Shown: positions 7,539 to 17,204, counted from the first letter of the stretch. The stretch is DNA of 44,360 nt from Candidatus Harrisonbacteria bacterium CG10_big_fil_rev_8_21_14_0_10_44_23 (GCA_002773475.1 PFBB01000023.1:1-44360), one strand, 5' to 3'. A program made the numbers and translations. Notes: generated from the letters alone by a model not told the origin.

Positions 7539-8444
7539 TTAGAATAGTTTTTTCTTTTTAAACAACCAAGCGGCCCAACTAATCAGGGCGATAATCAGGG
7601 CGAAAATAGACCAGAATTTTGAGGGCGTATTGATAATAGCATCAATGTAGGGGACGCCCATAGAGAAAATGAAAAATAGGGGGATAGAGAACAAAAAGGC
7701 AATAATCGTAAAACGTTTGATAACGGCGTTGGTGGCGGCGTTTAGAAGTTGGGCGTTGGTGGCTTCAAGCGACTCAACGATTTCATAATAGTTTTCTAGA
7801 TATTGGATAACACGCAAGTTTTCCCCAGAAAGATTATTTAAATAGACTTCGCTCTTCTTTCCCCAGAAACGAATACCCACTTTTCGAAGGGATTCAAACA
7901 ACTCGGTGTGGGGCCGGACGATTAGTCGATAGTCTAGAACATCTCGTTTAATCCCAGATATTTGAGCTAGCAAGTTTCCCTCTCGTTTAAAAATGTTGTG
8001 AGCGATAAACTCTACCCTCTCTTCAATGTGGCGAAGTTGGCGCAGAGAAAAGTCCATAATTTTTTCAAAAATTTGATGCAACATTATGTAACTATCGCCG
8101 GAAAGTAAGTCTCTCTGCATTTTTGGATCACGAGCTAAATCTTGTAAAAATCCGTCAATTTGCTCGAGAGGCTCATAGCGAGCGGTGATAATCATATCTT
8201 TAGTAATCAAGAAATCTACCTCCGAGCGACGAGAGGTCTTGGTTTGGACATCGTAGACGGGGATGTGGTGAGCAATAAAGATATAGTCGTCGTGTTCTTC
8301 AACGCGAGCGCGTGCCGAAGGGGTCATTAGCTCGTTTAGGATGAGGGGGTGAAACTTGTGGAGCTTTTTAATAGCCGCCAAATCCTGACTGTTGGGCTTG
8401 AAGATATCGATCCATTTAGTTTTTCTTCCTTTTAGTGTTGGCAT
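7539..8444 (-). CDS. CorA-like divalent cation transporter family protein (non-canonical GMN position)
   Basis: CorA-type cytoplasmic N-domain and two C-terminal TM helices. The expected GMN reads SMG (7656-7664). Confidence 0.7.
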   Translation of the reverse strand: MPTLKGRKTKWIDIFKPNSQDLAAIKKLHKFHPLILNELMTPSARARVEEHDDYIFIAHHIPVYDVQTKTSRRSEVDFLITKDMIITARYEPLEQIDGFLQDLARDPKMQRDLLSGDSYIMLHQIFEKIMDFSLRQLRHIEERVEFIAHNIFKREGNLLAQISGIKRDVLDYRLIVRPHTELFESLRKVGIRFWGKKSEVYLNNLSGENLRVIQYLENYYEIVESLEATNAQLLNAATNAVIKRFTIIAFLFSIPLFFIFSMGVPYIDAIINTPSKFWSIFALIIALISWAAWLFKKKKLF

Positions 8445-8515
8445 GGGTATGTGGACAATTGGTTGGGTGTGTCTTCATTATATCGTATAATTAAAGAGAC
8501 TTAATACACAGACAT

Positions 8516-9265
8516 ATGAAACTAACAAAAAAGCTTTTTAAAGCACGTGGGCAGAGAATGGTTGGATTGATTTTATCGGCGGCACTTTTGGTCGTACTTT
8601 TACCAATGATCCAATTGGTTATGGGTTTTACTGGGCCAGCATCTAGCCCACCAGATGGTAATGGAGTACTTAATGAGTTGAGCGGAAATTTAAGCGTATC
8701 AAATGTGCGCATGGTAGATGTGGCGAGTCCAGTAGATGACAATGATGCGGCTAATAAGGCTTACGTTGATGCACAGGTTGGAGGGTCGGGATCCTTGGTA
8801 ACCTTATTTGGAGTTAGCACCAACGCTCCAAGTGCGACTCAGGCTTTCCGATCTGGAGACTCTGCACCACCTTGCTTAAGAGGTTATTACAATGGTGGAG
8901 GTAGTTGTCAGGGAACAATCAGCACTGGCACCGCAGCTGGATCGGGAACAATGGAATGTAGTTCCTTGGGTACAGGATGGACGGAGCTGTATGCCGGATA
9001 TGGGCCGCTTAACCAAATCTTTGCTTGGTATGCTCCCGGAAGCCCAAACGGTTGGCCACCGCTAAATGCGGAGGGTGATTTTGAATCAGAAAATGCCTCA
9101 CCTTCAATGGCGGTTGGCTTAACTGACTCTATTTGCTCAACAGTTTCTTTTGCCTTCGTTAGAGACACTCGATACACGTCAGCTCAGTTTGGAGATACAG
9201 CTAGCTACATTTCTGCTTGCACAGCAAACGGTGACTGCAATACCTGTAGGGTTTGCACAAAATAA
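8516..9265 (+). CDS. secreted/anchored Cys-rich protein with a tail-fibre-like DxNDAANKAYVD motif
   Basis: N-terminal TM/signal segment, the motif VDDNDAANKAYVDAQV, and a C-terminal half with many Cys residues. Confidence 0.5.
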   Translation: MKLTKKLFKARGQRMVGLILSAALLVVLLPMIQLVMGFTGPASSPPDGNGVLNELSGNLSVSNVRMVDVASPVDDNDAANKAYVDAQVGGSGSLVTLFGVSTNAPSATQAFRSGDSAPPCLRGYYNGGGSCQGTISTGTAAGSGTMECSSLGTGWTELYAGYGPLNQIFAWYAPGSPNGWPPLNAEGDFESENASPSMAVGLTDSICSTVSFAFVRDTRYTSAQFGDTASYISACTANGDCNTCRVCTK

Positions 9266-9272
9266 TAATTTC

Positions 9273-9812
9273 GTGAGGCACAAGTATTTTTATTTATTTT
9301 TCGTTATAGCGGTCGGTTTTGGATTCTTTTTGGCACAACACTCTTATTGGAGCGGGCCGGTGTATTCGGCGGGTACGCTGTATACGGTCCGCGGAAACTC
9401 ATTGTCGGGAATAATAGACAACGGAGAAGAAATAATTATTTATTGGGGGTATTACGACAAATATCCGATTGAGCGAGGAGACGTTGTAGCTTATCAACAC
9501 GCAGGGAATAAAGCTCCAATAATAAAAAAAGTATATGCAACTCCCGGAGACGATTTTGCTATTGTTGACGATGATGACGGTCAATATCGATTGTTGATAA
9601 ATGGCGAATTAGCGAGGACTAGTTTGGGTGAGCCGTATCGATTTAACGAAAAGCGAGGAGGGCTATTGGCTCAATATGAAAAGGATTATGGAGGGGTGGT
9701 GCCCGATGGAGCGGTGATAATTTTGGGTAATTTATCTAATGGAACGATGGACAGCTCAATGTTTGGCCTAGCCTCAATGAAAAATATCCTGGGGAAAGCC
9801 GTCACATACTAA
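9273..9812 (+). CDS. S26 family signal peptidase I-like protein
   Basis: TM helix, then RGNSLSG (Ser box), ERGDVVAY, IIKKVYATPGDDF (Lys box) and ILGNLSNGTMDSSMFG (GDN..S.DSR-like box). I prefer the in-frame GTG at 9273, because the ORF-track start at 9150 overlaps the previous gene by 116 nt. Confidence 0.65.
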   Translation: MRHKYFYLFFVIAVGFGFFLAQHSYWSGPVYSAGTLYTVRGNSLSGIIDNGEEIIIYWGYYDKYPIERGDVVAYQHAGNKAPIIKKVYATPGDDFAIVDDDDGQYRLLINGELARTSLGEPYRFNEKRGGLLAQYEKDYGGVVPDGAVIILGNLSNGTMDSSMFGLASMKNILGKAVTY

Positions 9813-9831
9813 GACGAATAAGACAAAGGTA

Positions 9832-9860
9832 TTGAATTTGAAGAGGTTTTTTTGTATAAT
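9832..9860 (+). promoter_or_regulatory. promoter of the grpE-dnaK operon (TTGAAT, 17-nt spacer, TGTATAAT)
   Basis: -35 at 9832-9837 and an extended -10 TGTATAAT ending at 9860. No CIRCE element was seen. Confidence 0.6.
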
Positions 9861-9888
9861 TTAGCCGCTTTTAAGTTTTACTCTATTT

Positions 9889-10359
9889 ATGAAGAAAGAA
9901 AAAAAGAATAAACCCGCAGAGGATTTACTTGGGTCCGTCCGCGCCGAGAAGGATGAATACTTGGCTGGTTGGCAGAGAGCGAAGGCCGATTTAATTAATT
10001 ACCGGAACGAGGAGGCGGAGCGTTTCGACAAAGTCAGAAAATTTGCTCTTGAAGATTTAATAATGGAAATGCTGATTGTTTTAGATAGTTTTGCAATTGC
10101 GATTCAGTCGGCGAAGGAAGAGGCGGATAGACAGGGAATGGAGATGATTAAAAGTCAGTTGGTGGACGTTTTAAGAAGGAGGGGGCTAGAGATAATTGAA
10201 ACAAAGGTTGGAGACGAATTTAACCCAGAGATACACGAGGCGATTGAGGAAGTGGCCGGAGAAGATAGTGATTCGGGAAAGATTATAGAAATCACTTCAG
10301 TGGGTTATAGGCTAAACGGGAAAATAATAAAGGCAACGAAGGTAAAGGTAGGAAAATAA
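9889..10359 (+). CDS. grpE: nucleotide exchange factor GrpE
   Basis: YLAGWQRAKADLINYR and LDSFAIAI motifs. It lies upstream of dnaK. Confidence 0.9.
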   Translation: MKKEKKNKPAEDLLGSVRAEKDEYLAGWQRAKADLINYRNEEAERFDKVRKFALEDLIMEMLIVLDSFAIAIQSAKEEADRQGMEMIKSQLVDVLRRRGLEIIETKVGDEFNPEIHEAIEEVAGEDSDSGKIIEITSVGYRLNGKIIKATKVKVGK

Positions 10360-10392
10360 ATTATATATTTAAAATTAAATTTTTAAATTACT

Positions 10393-12279
10393 ATGGCAAA
10401 AATAATTGGAATTGATCTAGGAACTACAAACTCAGCGGTGGCAATAACCGATACTGGGGAGCCAAGAATTTTGGAAAATACAGAAGGCAATAGGACTACC
10501 CCATCAATTGTGGCGGTTTCAAAAGCGGGGGAGAGAATTGCTGGGCTTTTAGCAAAGCGACAAGCAGTTACTAATCCAGCCAACACAATTTTTTCGGTAA
10601 AAAGATTGATTGGGCGAAAGTTTTCCGATGAAGAGGTGCAAAAAGACAAGAAATGGTTGCCATTTGATGTCCGCGAGGCAAGCAATGGAGGTGTAGAAAT
10701 TAAGATGGGAGAATCTTGGCAAACCCCAGAAGCGATTTCGGCGATGGTTTTGGCAAAGATTAAGACCGATGCTGAATCAAAATTAGGAGAAAAAGTAGAG
10801 GAGGCGGTGATCACAGTACCGGCTTATTTTGATGACAGTCAGAGGCAGGCAACAAAAAATGCAGGAGAGATTGCTGGCTTGAAAGTTCGCCGCATTATCA
10901 ACGAGCCAACGGCTGCCGCTTTGGCGTATGGGTTTAATAAAAAGAAAAATGAAAAAATCGTTGTTTACGATTTTGGAGGGGGGACTTTTGACGTGTCAGT
11001 TTTGGAAGTTGCCGATGATGTGGTTGAAGTAAAAGCGACAGGTGGAGACACTCACTTGGGTGGGGATGACTTTGACCAAAAAATCCAAGACTACTTGGTT
11101 TCAGAATATAAAAAGCAAGAAGGAATTGATATTTCTGGAGACTTTTTAGCGCTACAAAGATTGAAGGAGGGTGCGGAGAGGGCAAAGCACGAACTTTCAA
11201 CTTCGACGGAAACCGAAATTAACTTGCCCTACATTAGCTCAGATGCCTCTGGACCAAAACACTTCTTGATGAAATTGACTCGAGGGAAGTTGGAGGAGCT
11301 GGTTGCTGCTGACATTAAAAAATCAATCGAGATTACCGCTGGGGTTATTAAAGACGCTGGCTTTAAGAAAGAAGACATGGAGGAGATTGTGATGGTGGGA
11401 GGGCAAACTAGGATGCCGGCAATCTTAAATGCAGTAAAAGAATATTTTGGCAAAGAACCACACCGGGGGATTAACCCGGATGAAGTAGTTGCCTTGGGAG
11501 CGGCGGTGCAGGCTGGAATTTTGCAAGGAGATGTTAAGGACGTACTACTCTTAGACGTTATCCCTTTGTCTTTGGGAATTGAGACCTTGGGAGGAGTTTC
11601 GACTAAGTTGATTGAGAAAAATACAACCATACCGACTGAGAAGAGCCAGATTTTCTCTACTGCGGCGGACAATCAAACTCAAGTGGAAATACACATCTTG
11701 CAAGGAGAAAGAGAGATGGCGTCCGATAACAAGACTCTGGGAAGATTTATTTTGGACGGGATTCCGCCCGCCCCAAGAGGCACTCCACAAGTGGAGGTAA
11801 AATTTGATGTAGACGCAAACGGCATCTTGAATGTGTCAGCAAAAGACAAAGCAAGTGGAAAGGAGCAGTCGATTAAAATCGAGGCTTCAACTAGTTTGTC
11901 GAAGGACGAAATTGAGAAATTAAAACAAGATGCACAGGCGCACGCCGAAGAAGACAAAAAACGCCGAGAGCTGGTGGACGTTAAAAACACTGCGGACACT
12001 TTGGTGTATACTGCAGACAAGGCCATTAAGGATGCTGGAGACAAAATTTCCTCTGAAATAAAGTCAGAAGTTGAGTCAGCGATAAAAGATCTCAAAGAGG
12101 TTAAAGAGGGTTCTGATTTAGAGGAGATAAAGAAGAAGAGCGAGGCGCTTTCTGGTGTAATGCAAAAGATTGGGCAAGCAATGAATCAAGCCCAAGAGGC
12201 AAAGCCAGCAGATTCAGCTGAGTCTGACGGCGAGGCAGAAAATAAAGAAGAGCCGAATGCTGAAGAAGGATCTAAATAA
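10393..12279 (+). CDS. dnaK: molecular chaperone DnaK (Hsp70)
   Basis: [30 protein letters not shown]. 628 aa. Confidence 0.97.
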   Translation: MAKIIGIDLGTTNSAVAITDTGEPRILENTEGNRTTPSIVAVSKAGERIAGLLAKRQAVTNPANTIFSVKRLIGRKFSDEEVQKDKKWLPFDVREASNGGVEIKMGESWQTPEAISAMVLAKIKTDAESKLGEKVEEAVITVPAYFDDSQRQATKNAGEIAGLKVRRIINEPTAAALAYGFNKKKNEKIVVYDFGGGTFDVSVLEVADDVVEVKATGGDTHLGGDDFDQKIQDYLVSEYKKQEGIDISGDFLALQRLKEGAERAKHELSTSTETEINLPYISSDASGPKHFLMKLTRGKLEELVAADIKKSIEITAGVIKDAGFKKEDMEEIVMVGGQTRMPAILNAVKEYFGKEPHRGINPDEVVALGAAVQAGILQGDVKDVLLLDVIPLSLGIETLGGVSTKLIEKNTTIPTEKSQIFSTAADNQTQVEIHILQGEREMASDNKTLGRFILDGIPPAPRGTPQVEVKFDVDANGILNVSAKDKASGKEQSIKIEASTSLSKDEIEKLKQDAQAHAEEDKKRRELVDVKNTADTLVYTADKAIKDAGDKISSEIKSEVESAIKDLKEVKEGSDLEEIKKKSEALSGVMQKIGQAMNQAQEAKPADSAESDGEAENKEEPNAEEGSK

Positions 12280-13285
12280 TTTGGAAGTATTTCCTGAGTC
12301 GCTATCTAAAAGAGTGAGTTTTAACTATTCTCGAAAATATCTAATACTGTTTGCTGGACTAGGTTTTTTTGCATCCCTGCTGCTGGGCTTCCTGATGCGA
12401 GAATTTTTAGTGTTGCCGACTCTAACAAGTGCTTTTTGGCTTTGTATTGGCGCGGCGATCTTGGCTTTGATCTTAGTCTTCCAAAATCTCTTTGTCTGCT
12501 CTACTCAAACATTTCTATGGGCTTCGGTGGTAGAGGCCTTTGGGTTATCGATTTTCTTGTTTAAGTTCTTTCATCCGTGGACGGTATTTGCGTTAGTGGC
12601 TTTATTGGCCACTGTGTTGTTTGGCCACCGGGAAGCGCACCGTGATTTAAATGATCGAGTGAAGGTTAGAATTCAGGACTTTATTAGGAAGGTATTAATT
12701 TTCTCGACAAGAGCAACGGCAATATTCTTTGCCCTCTTCCTATTGGGGATTTATGTGAGCAACGGGATTTCTCGACCAGCTTTTGATTTCTTTGTTGAGA
12801 TAAATAAGCCAACTCTGGAACCTTTTTTAGGACCAATTGATCTAAACCTACAGGCCAATGATTTCTTTACCGAGGTAGCGAAGGAGCAGATTAATCGACA
12901 ATTTAGTGGCACGGAGCAATTTCAGCATTTAGCTAGCGAGGGAGGATTAGAAGAGGCCTATGTTGGAGCTGGTAGAGAACTTAGAAATCAGGTTGTTGAA
13001 GTGACTAAGCTACCGGTGCGCGCCGATGAGAGCGCTAGTGAATATTTTTATCGCTTGAGTAGCGAAAAATTGCCCAAACCGGGAACCAACAACCAGCTAG
13101 GATTTTTAGGGTTTATGGTGGTGATGGTTTTGGTTGTATATTGGGCTTTAATGTTTTTCTTAACCATTGCAAGGATTTTAATTTTGAGCCCGCTAAGTTG
13201 GCTAATATATAGAATTTTGGCGGCAATGGGAGTAGTCTACATTGAAAGAGTGATGGCAGAAAAGGAAGAGCTGACGATTAAGTAG
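12257..13285 (+). CDS. multi-pass membrane protein of unknown function inserted between dnaK and dnaJ
   Basis: ORF track, with several hydrophobic helices. The start is uncertain: ATG 12257 overlaps the dnaK end, and an in-frame TTG at 12281 follows the dnaK stop. Confidence 0.5.
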   Translation: MLKKDLNNLEVFPESLSKRVSFNYSRKYLILFAGLGFFASLLLGFLMREFLVLPTLTSAFWLCIGAAILALILVFQNLFVCSTQTFLWASVVEAFGLSIFLFKFFHPWTVFALVALLATVLFGHREAHRDLNDRVKVRIQDFIRKVLIFSTRATAIFFALFLLGIYVSNGISRPAFDFFVEINKPTLEPFLGPIDLNLQANDFFTEVAKEQINRQFSGTEQFQHLASEGGLEEAYVGAGRELRNQVVEVTKLPVRADESASEYFYRLSSEKLPKPGTNNQLGFLGFMVVMVLVVYWALMFFLTIARILILSPLSWLIYRILAAMGVVYIERVMAEKEELTIK

Positions 13286-13299
13286 ACTAAAAAAATATT

Positions 13300-14172
13300 A
13301 TGGCAGATTATTATAAGATTTTAGGGTTGGAAAAAAATGCTTCGGAGGAAGAGATTAAGAAGGCCTATCGAAAGCTAGCTCATCAACACCACCCCGATAA
13401 AGGAGGAGGGGATACAAAGAAGTTTAAAGAGCTAAACGAGGCGTACCAAGTTTTATCCAACAAAGAAAAAAGAAGCCAATACGATAAGTTCGGCCGAGTT
13501 TTTGATGGCCAGCCCGGGCAGAATGGACCCGGGGGATTTAATTTTAACCAAGGATTTAATGGATTTGAGGGATTTGATTTTGGCAATTTTGGAGACATCG
13601 GCGACATTTTAGAGACATTTTTTGGTGGGCGGGGATTTAGAGCTAGAGCCAAAGGCGCCGATCTGCAGGTGGTGGTGCAAGTCAGCTTGGAAGAGGCTTT
13701 TGATGGCACAACTAAGAAAATCCAATACAAAACCTATACTGGTGATGCTGGAGAAGCAAGCATTGAGATACCGGCTGGAGTAGAGCCTGGGCATTTAATC
13801 AAGATTGCAGGTGCGGGAGAGAGGCTTAAAGATAAGCCGTCGGGCGATCTTTATGTGCAAGTCCAAGTATTACCTCATGAAAAATTTGTTCGTAGAGGGG
13901 CAGACCTAATTTATCGAAAGGAGCTGAATTTATTGGATGCGCTCTTGGGCAAGAAGCTAACTATTGAGACAATATCTGGAGAGAAGGTGGAGGTGGAGAT
14001 TCCGATGGGAGCCGATCTGTCCCAGCCACTGAAAATACCCGGGAGGGGAATGCCAAGACTGGGAAGATTTGGCAGAGGGGATTTGTATGTGCGCCTACAG
14101 CCTCGAACTCCGAAAAAGCTTAGCCGAAAAGCCAAAAAAATCTTAAAAGATCTAGAGGGGGAGATAAATTGA
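13300..14172 (+). CDS. dnaJ: DnaJ-family co-chaperone lacking the Cys-rich zinc-finger domain (class B/CbpA-like)
   Basis: J domain with HPD (YYKILGL...[10 protein letters not shown]), a G/F-rich linker and C-terminal substrate-binding domains. No CxxCxGxG repeats. Confidence 0.85.
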   Translation: MADYYKILGLEKNASEEEIKKAYRKLAHQHHPDKGGGDTKKFKELNEAYQVLSNKEKRSQYDKFGRVFDGQPGQNGPGGFNFNQGFNGFEGFDFGNFGDIGDILETFFGGRGFRARAKGADLQVVVQVSLEEAFDGTTKKIQYKTYTGDAGEASIEIPAGVEPGHLIKIAGAGERLKDKPSGDLYVQVQVLPHEKFVRRGADLIYRKELNLLDALLGKKLTIETISGEKVEVEIPMGADLSQPLKIPGRGMPRLGRFGRGDLYVRLQPRTPKKLSRKAKKILKDLEGEIN

Positions 14173-14303
14173 CCTGCCCTCTAGGGTAGATAGAATGGGT
14201 AAATAAATGCTCCATACGGGTATGGAGCATTTATTTGCAAGCGCTAGAAGTTGGCGGAGTTGTCAAATTTGGGTAAAATCATTATACTGTTGCCATTGCA
14301 GAC

Positions 14304-14354
14304 GCCCCCATAGCTTAGTGGTAAATCCGCCAGCTGGTGGACTTTTAAGCTGAT
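14304..14354 (+). pseudogene. decayed 5' partial copy of tRNA-Lys (positions about 1-47)
   Basis: 14304-14325 is identical to the first 22 nt of the tRNA at 14618. CTTTTAAGC and TGAT are also retained, but the region between them and the 5' arm is replaced by the hairpin TCCGCCAGCTGGTGGA. There is no T-arm or 3' acceptor. Confidence 0.6.
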
Positions 14355-14607
14355 GATCTACGTTTACGTTTTACGCAATCAATCTAGGAGGAAAATCTAT
14401 GTAGGACATACGTCTGATCTAGATAAAAGATTGGCTAGACATAATGGAGATTTACCAAGTAAGGCTACATCGTTTACTGCCAAAAATGACGGATTTTGGA
14501 GACTGATATACAAAGAGGAATATGGTGATAGGCGGTCGGCGAGGCGACGAGAAAAGCAATTAAAATCTGCGCAGGGTAGAAAGTTTATTCATAATCTTTT
14601 ATCCTAG
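14353..14607 (+). CDS. small GIY-YIG nuclease-superfamily protein (84 aa)
   Basis: MIYVYVLRN...KIYVGHTSDLDKRLARHNG shows GIY and YIG-type motifs plus a conserved Arg. The ATG overlaps the end of the tRNA-like fragment and there is no SD. Confidence 0.8.
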   Translation: MIYVYVLRNQSRRKIYVGHTSDLDKRLARHNGDLPSKATSFTAKNDGFWRLIYKEEYGDRRSARRREKQLKSAQGRKFIHNLLS

Positions 14608-14617
14608 AACAGTACAA

Positions 14618-14688
14618 GCCCCCATAGCTTAGTGGTAAAGCAACGGCCTTTTAAGCCGCTGATCATGGTTCGATTCCATGTGGGGGCA
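14618..14688 (+). tRNA. tRNA-Lys (anticodon TTT)
   Basis: Acceptor GCCCCCA/TGGGGGC, anticodon loop CTTTTAA, T-arm CATGG-TTCGATT-CCATG. 71 nt with no encoded CCA. Confidence 0.9.
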
Positions 14689-14736
14689 CAAAATAAATAC
14701 GCGACTGTGGAGTGTTTTTGTTTTGTGCTGCATAAG

Positions 14737-14765
14737 CGAAGCGATTACTCTAGCTTCGATTTTTA
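14737..14765 (+). terminator. hairpin plus T-run after tRNA-Lys
   Basis: CGAAGC-(10 nt)-GCTTCG followed by ATTTTTA. Confidence 0.5.
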
Positions 14766-14801
14766 CCCGTCCGTAGCTTGTAGAGTGAAGGCGGGCCTTG
14801 T

Positions 14802-14810
14802 GGGGGGGGG
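14802..14810. repeat. G9 homopolymer tract in a non-coding G+C-rich stretch
   Basis: Nine consecutive G residues read directly. Line 14761-14820 has 36/60 G+C. Confidence 0.9.
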
Positions 14811-14970
14811 CACTTCGACTCGTTTCACTCGCTCAGTGTAAACGCAGTTCGACAAGCTCAAAGCAAAGTCTAAATTCTAAAATTCAAACTAAAAGCTAAC
14901 AGCTCAAAGCTGAAGTTGGTACCATTGCATTAATTTTTGATTTTTTGTAAGATTTGGAAGTTGTATATAT

Positions 14971-16275
14971 ATGGATAAGACGCAGAGAAAAAGTCTCTCA
15001 CTAATAATCGTCGTTTTGCTGATAAGCATTCTGGGCGGGTTTTTTATTTATCCAGGCAATGGAGTATCAGACAATCTAAGGCCTTGGCATCTTGGACTAG
15101 ACTTAGTTGGAGGAGCGCACCTTGTCTATGAGGTGGATATGTCGGATGTGGACTCCGCTGATCAGGCTTATGTTTTGAGCGGACTTAGAGATGTCGTTGA
15201 AGGAAGAGTAAACGCCTTTGGGGTAAGTGAGCCTCAGGTTTTAACCGCGGAAGCGGGAGATTCAAAGCGTATCATTGTTGAGCTGGCGGGTATTAAAGAT
15301 ATCTCAGCAGCGATTCAAAGGATCGGACAAACCCCAAATTTGGTGTTTGCGGAAGTCTCAGATGAGCTACCGACACAAGAGGCTACGGTAGACGAAAACG
15401 GGAAGGTGGACTTGCAAGCTAGTATTGCAGACGCTCTTCAACAAAAATTTAAAGATACTAAGCTAACTGGAAGATATGTGGAGAGTGCGCAACTTGGGTT
15501 TGATAACATAAGCGGCCAGCCTTTGGTTTATTTGCAATTTAATGATGAGGGAGCGGCCCTTTTTGAAGAGATTACTTCTAGAAATGTTGGAAAGCCGCTA
15601 GCGATTATTTTAGACGATCGATTGGTTAATTCGCCCACTGTCCAACAAACTATCTCGGGCGGACAGGCTCAGGTGACTGGCTTGGGGTCAATCAATGAAG
15701 CACGTACTTTAGTGGAGCAGTTAAACGCCGGTGCGTTACCAGCGCCAATAACTTTAATCAGTCAGCAAACAGTTGGGGCCTCTCTTGGAGCCGATAGCTT
15801 ACAAAGCATCATCTGGGCTGGATTGATTGGAGCTTTGCTAGTTATCTTGTTTATGCTGATTTATTACCGAAAGTTAGGAATCTTCGCTTCGATTGCTTTG
15901 ATAATTTACATAGTTTTACTTTTGGGATTGTTTAAACTATTTTTCACCTTAACCTTAGCCGGAATTGCTGGAATCGTTTTGTCTATTGGAATGGCGATTG
16001 ATGCCAATATTCTTATTTTCGAGAGAACTAAAGAGGAGATTAAGTCTGGGAGCCCTCAATCGGTTGCGATATCGGAAGGATTTAAGCGGGCTTGGCCATC
16101 TATCCGAGACTCTAACATTACAACGATTATTACCTCTTTGGTACTCTACAACCTAACATCAAGCTTTATCAGGGGGTTTGCCCTTTCTCTGCTATTGGGA
16201 GTTTTGGTGAGTATGTTTACCGCGATTACAATTACCCGCAGTTTATTAACCGTATTTTATCGAAAACGAGCATAA
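14971..16275 (+). CDS. secD: protein translocase subunit SecD
   Basis: LGLDLVGGAHLVYEVD, a periplasmic domain and the C-terminal six-TM region. It is adjacent to secF. Confidence 0.9.
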   Translation: MDKTQRKSLSLIIVVLLISILGGFFIYPGNGVSDNLRPWHLGLDLVGGAHLVYEVDMSDVDSADQAYVLSGLRDVVEGRVNAFGVSEPQVLTAEAGDSKRIIVELAGIKDISAAIQRIGQTPNLVFAEVSDELPTQEATVDENGKVDLQASIADALQQKFKDTKLTGRYVESAQLGFDNISGQPLVYLQFNDEGAALFEEITSRNVGKPLAIILDDRLVNSPTVQQTISGGQAQVTGLGSINEARTLVEQLNAGALPAPITLISQQTVGASLGADSLQSIIWAGLIGALLVILFMLIYYRKLGIFASIALIIYIVLLLGLFKLFFTLTLAGIAGIVLSIGMAIDANILIFERTKEEIKSGSPQSVAISEGFKRAWPSIRDSNITTIITSLVLYNLTSSFIRGFALSLLLGVLVSMFTAITITRSLLTVFYRKRA

Positions 16276-16276
16276 T

Positions 16277-17173
16277 ATGATTCCAATTATTAAATACAAG
16301 TTTGTATATCTTGGTATCGCAGCCATCTTAGTCTTAGCTAGCGTTGTTGCCTTGATAACATACGGACTAAACCTGGGTATAGATTTTACCGGAGGAACTT
16401 TGTGGCAAATCCAATTTCCGGAGACGGCCAGCATCGAGTCAGTTCGAGAAGTTTTTCACACTGATCTGGAGTCTCCAGAGGCGGTGGTTATTCGCAACGA
16501 TGTGGACGGGAGCTACAATGTGCATTTGAAGGAAATCAATGAGGAGATGCACCAAGACTTGTCTCAAAAGCTCGACGACAGGCTTGGGCCAATTGAAGAA
16601 AGATCCTTCCAGTCGATTAGCGGTGTGGTTGGAGGCGAGTTGGTAAAAAAAGCTGGTTGGGCAGTTCTTATTAACTTATTTGCTATTGTGCTTTACGTTG
16701 CTTATGCCTTTAGAAAGGTGAGCTATCCGGTAAAGTCTTGGAAATACAGCATCGCTACTTTAGTAGCCCTATTTCACGATGCATTAATTCCACTGGGCAT
16801 TTTTGCTGTTTTGGGAGTATTTGCCGGTGTGGAGATTGATACCAATTTTATTGTTGCGACTCTAATGGTAACTGGATTTTCGGTTCACGATACGATTGTG
16901 GTATTTGACCGAATTAGGGAAAACCTCAGAATCCGATCATCGAGAAAAGAAAGTTTTTCAAAAATTGTTAACGATAGCATTAACGAGACTATGGCTCGCT
17001 CCATTAACACCTCCTTAACCTTGCTGGTGGTTTTGGCGGCTATCTTTGTTCTTGGTGTGCCAACTCTCAACTATTTCATCTTGGTCATTCTTATAGGAAC
17101 GATTTTGGGAACCTACTCCTCAATCTTTGTGGCTAGTCCGCTTCTAACCCTATTGCAATCAAAGAAAAAGTAG
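16277..17173 (+). CDS. secF: protein translocase subunit SecF
   Basis: LGIDFTGGT motif and an RND-like TM bundle. It starts 1 nt after secD. Confidence 0.9.
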   Translation: MIPIIKYKFVYLGIAAILVLASVVALITYGLNLGIDFTGGTLWQIQFPETASIESVREVFHTDLESPEAVVIRNDVDGSYNVHLKEINEEMHQDLSQKLDDRLGPIEERSFQSISGVVGGELVKKAGWAVLINLFAIVLYVAYAFRKVSYPVKSWKYSIATLVALFHDALIPLGIFAVLGVFAGVEIDTNFIVATLMVTGFSVHDTIVVFDRIRENLRIRSSRKESFSKIVNDSINETMARSINTSLTLLVVLAAIFVLGVPTLNYFILVILIGTILGTYSSIFVASPLLTLLQSKKK

Positions 17174-17204
17174 GGAATAGCTTGACTTATTATGGTAAAT
17201 GTGG

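Noticed and set aside
9150-9272. N-terminal 41 codons of the S26 peptidase ORF as given in the track
   Set aside because: This part overlaps the preceding gene by 116 nt and has no peptidase similarity. The in-frame GTG at 9273, just after the upstream stop and followed by the TM helix, is more plausible.
10383-12095. Long minus-strand ORFs (10383-10814, 10934-11200, 11229-11672, 11551-11790, 11679-12095) antisense to dnaK
   Set aside because: They lie entirely inside the highly conserved dnaK frame and give low-complexity Ser/Thr/Pro-rich translations with no start context. These are typical antisense shadow ORFs.
14632-14841. 69-aa ORF downstream of the GIY-YIG gene
   Set aside because: It begins inside the tRNA-Lys gene and runs through a terminator hairpin and the G9 tract, so it is not credible as coding.
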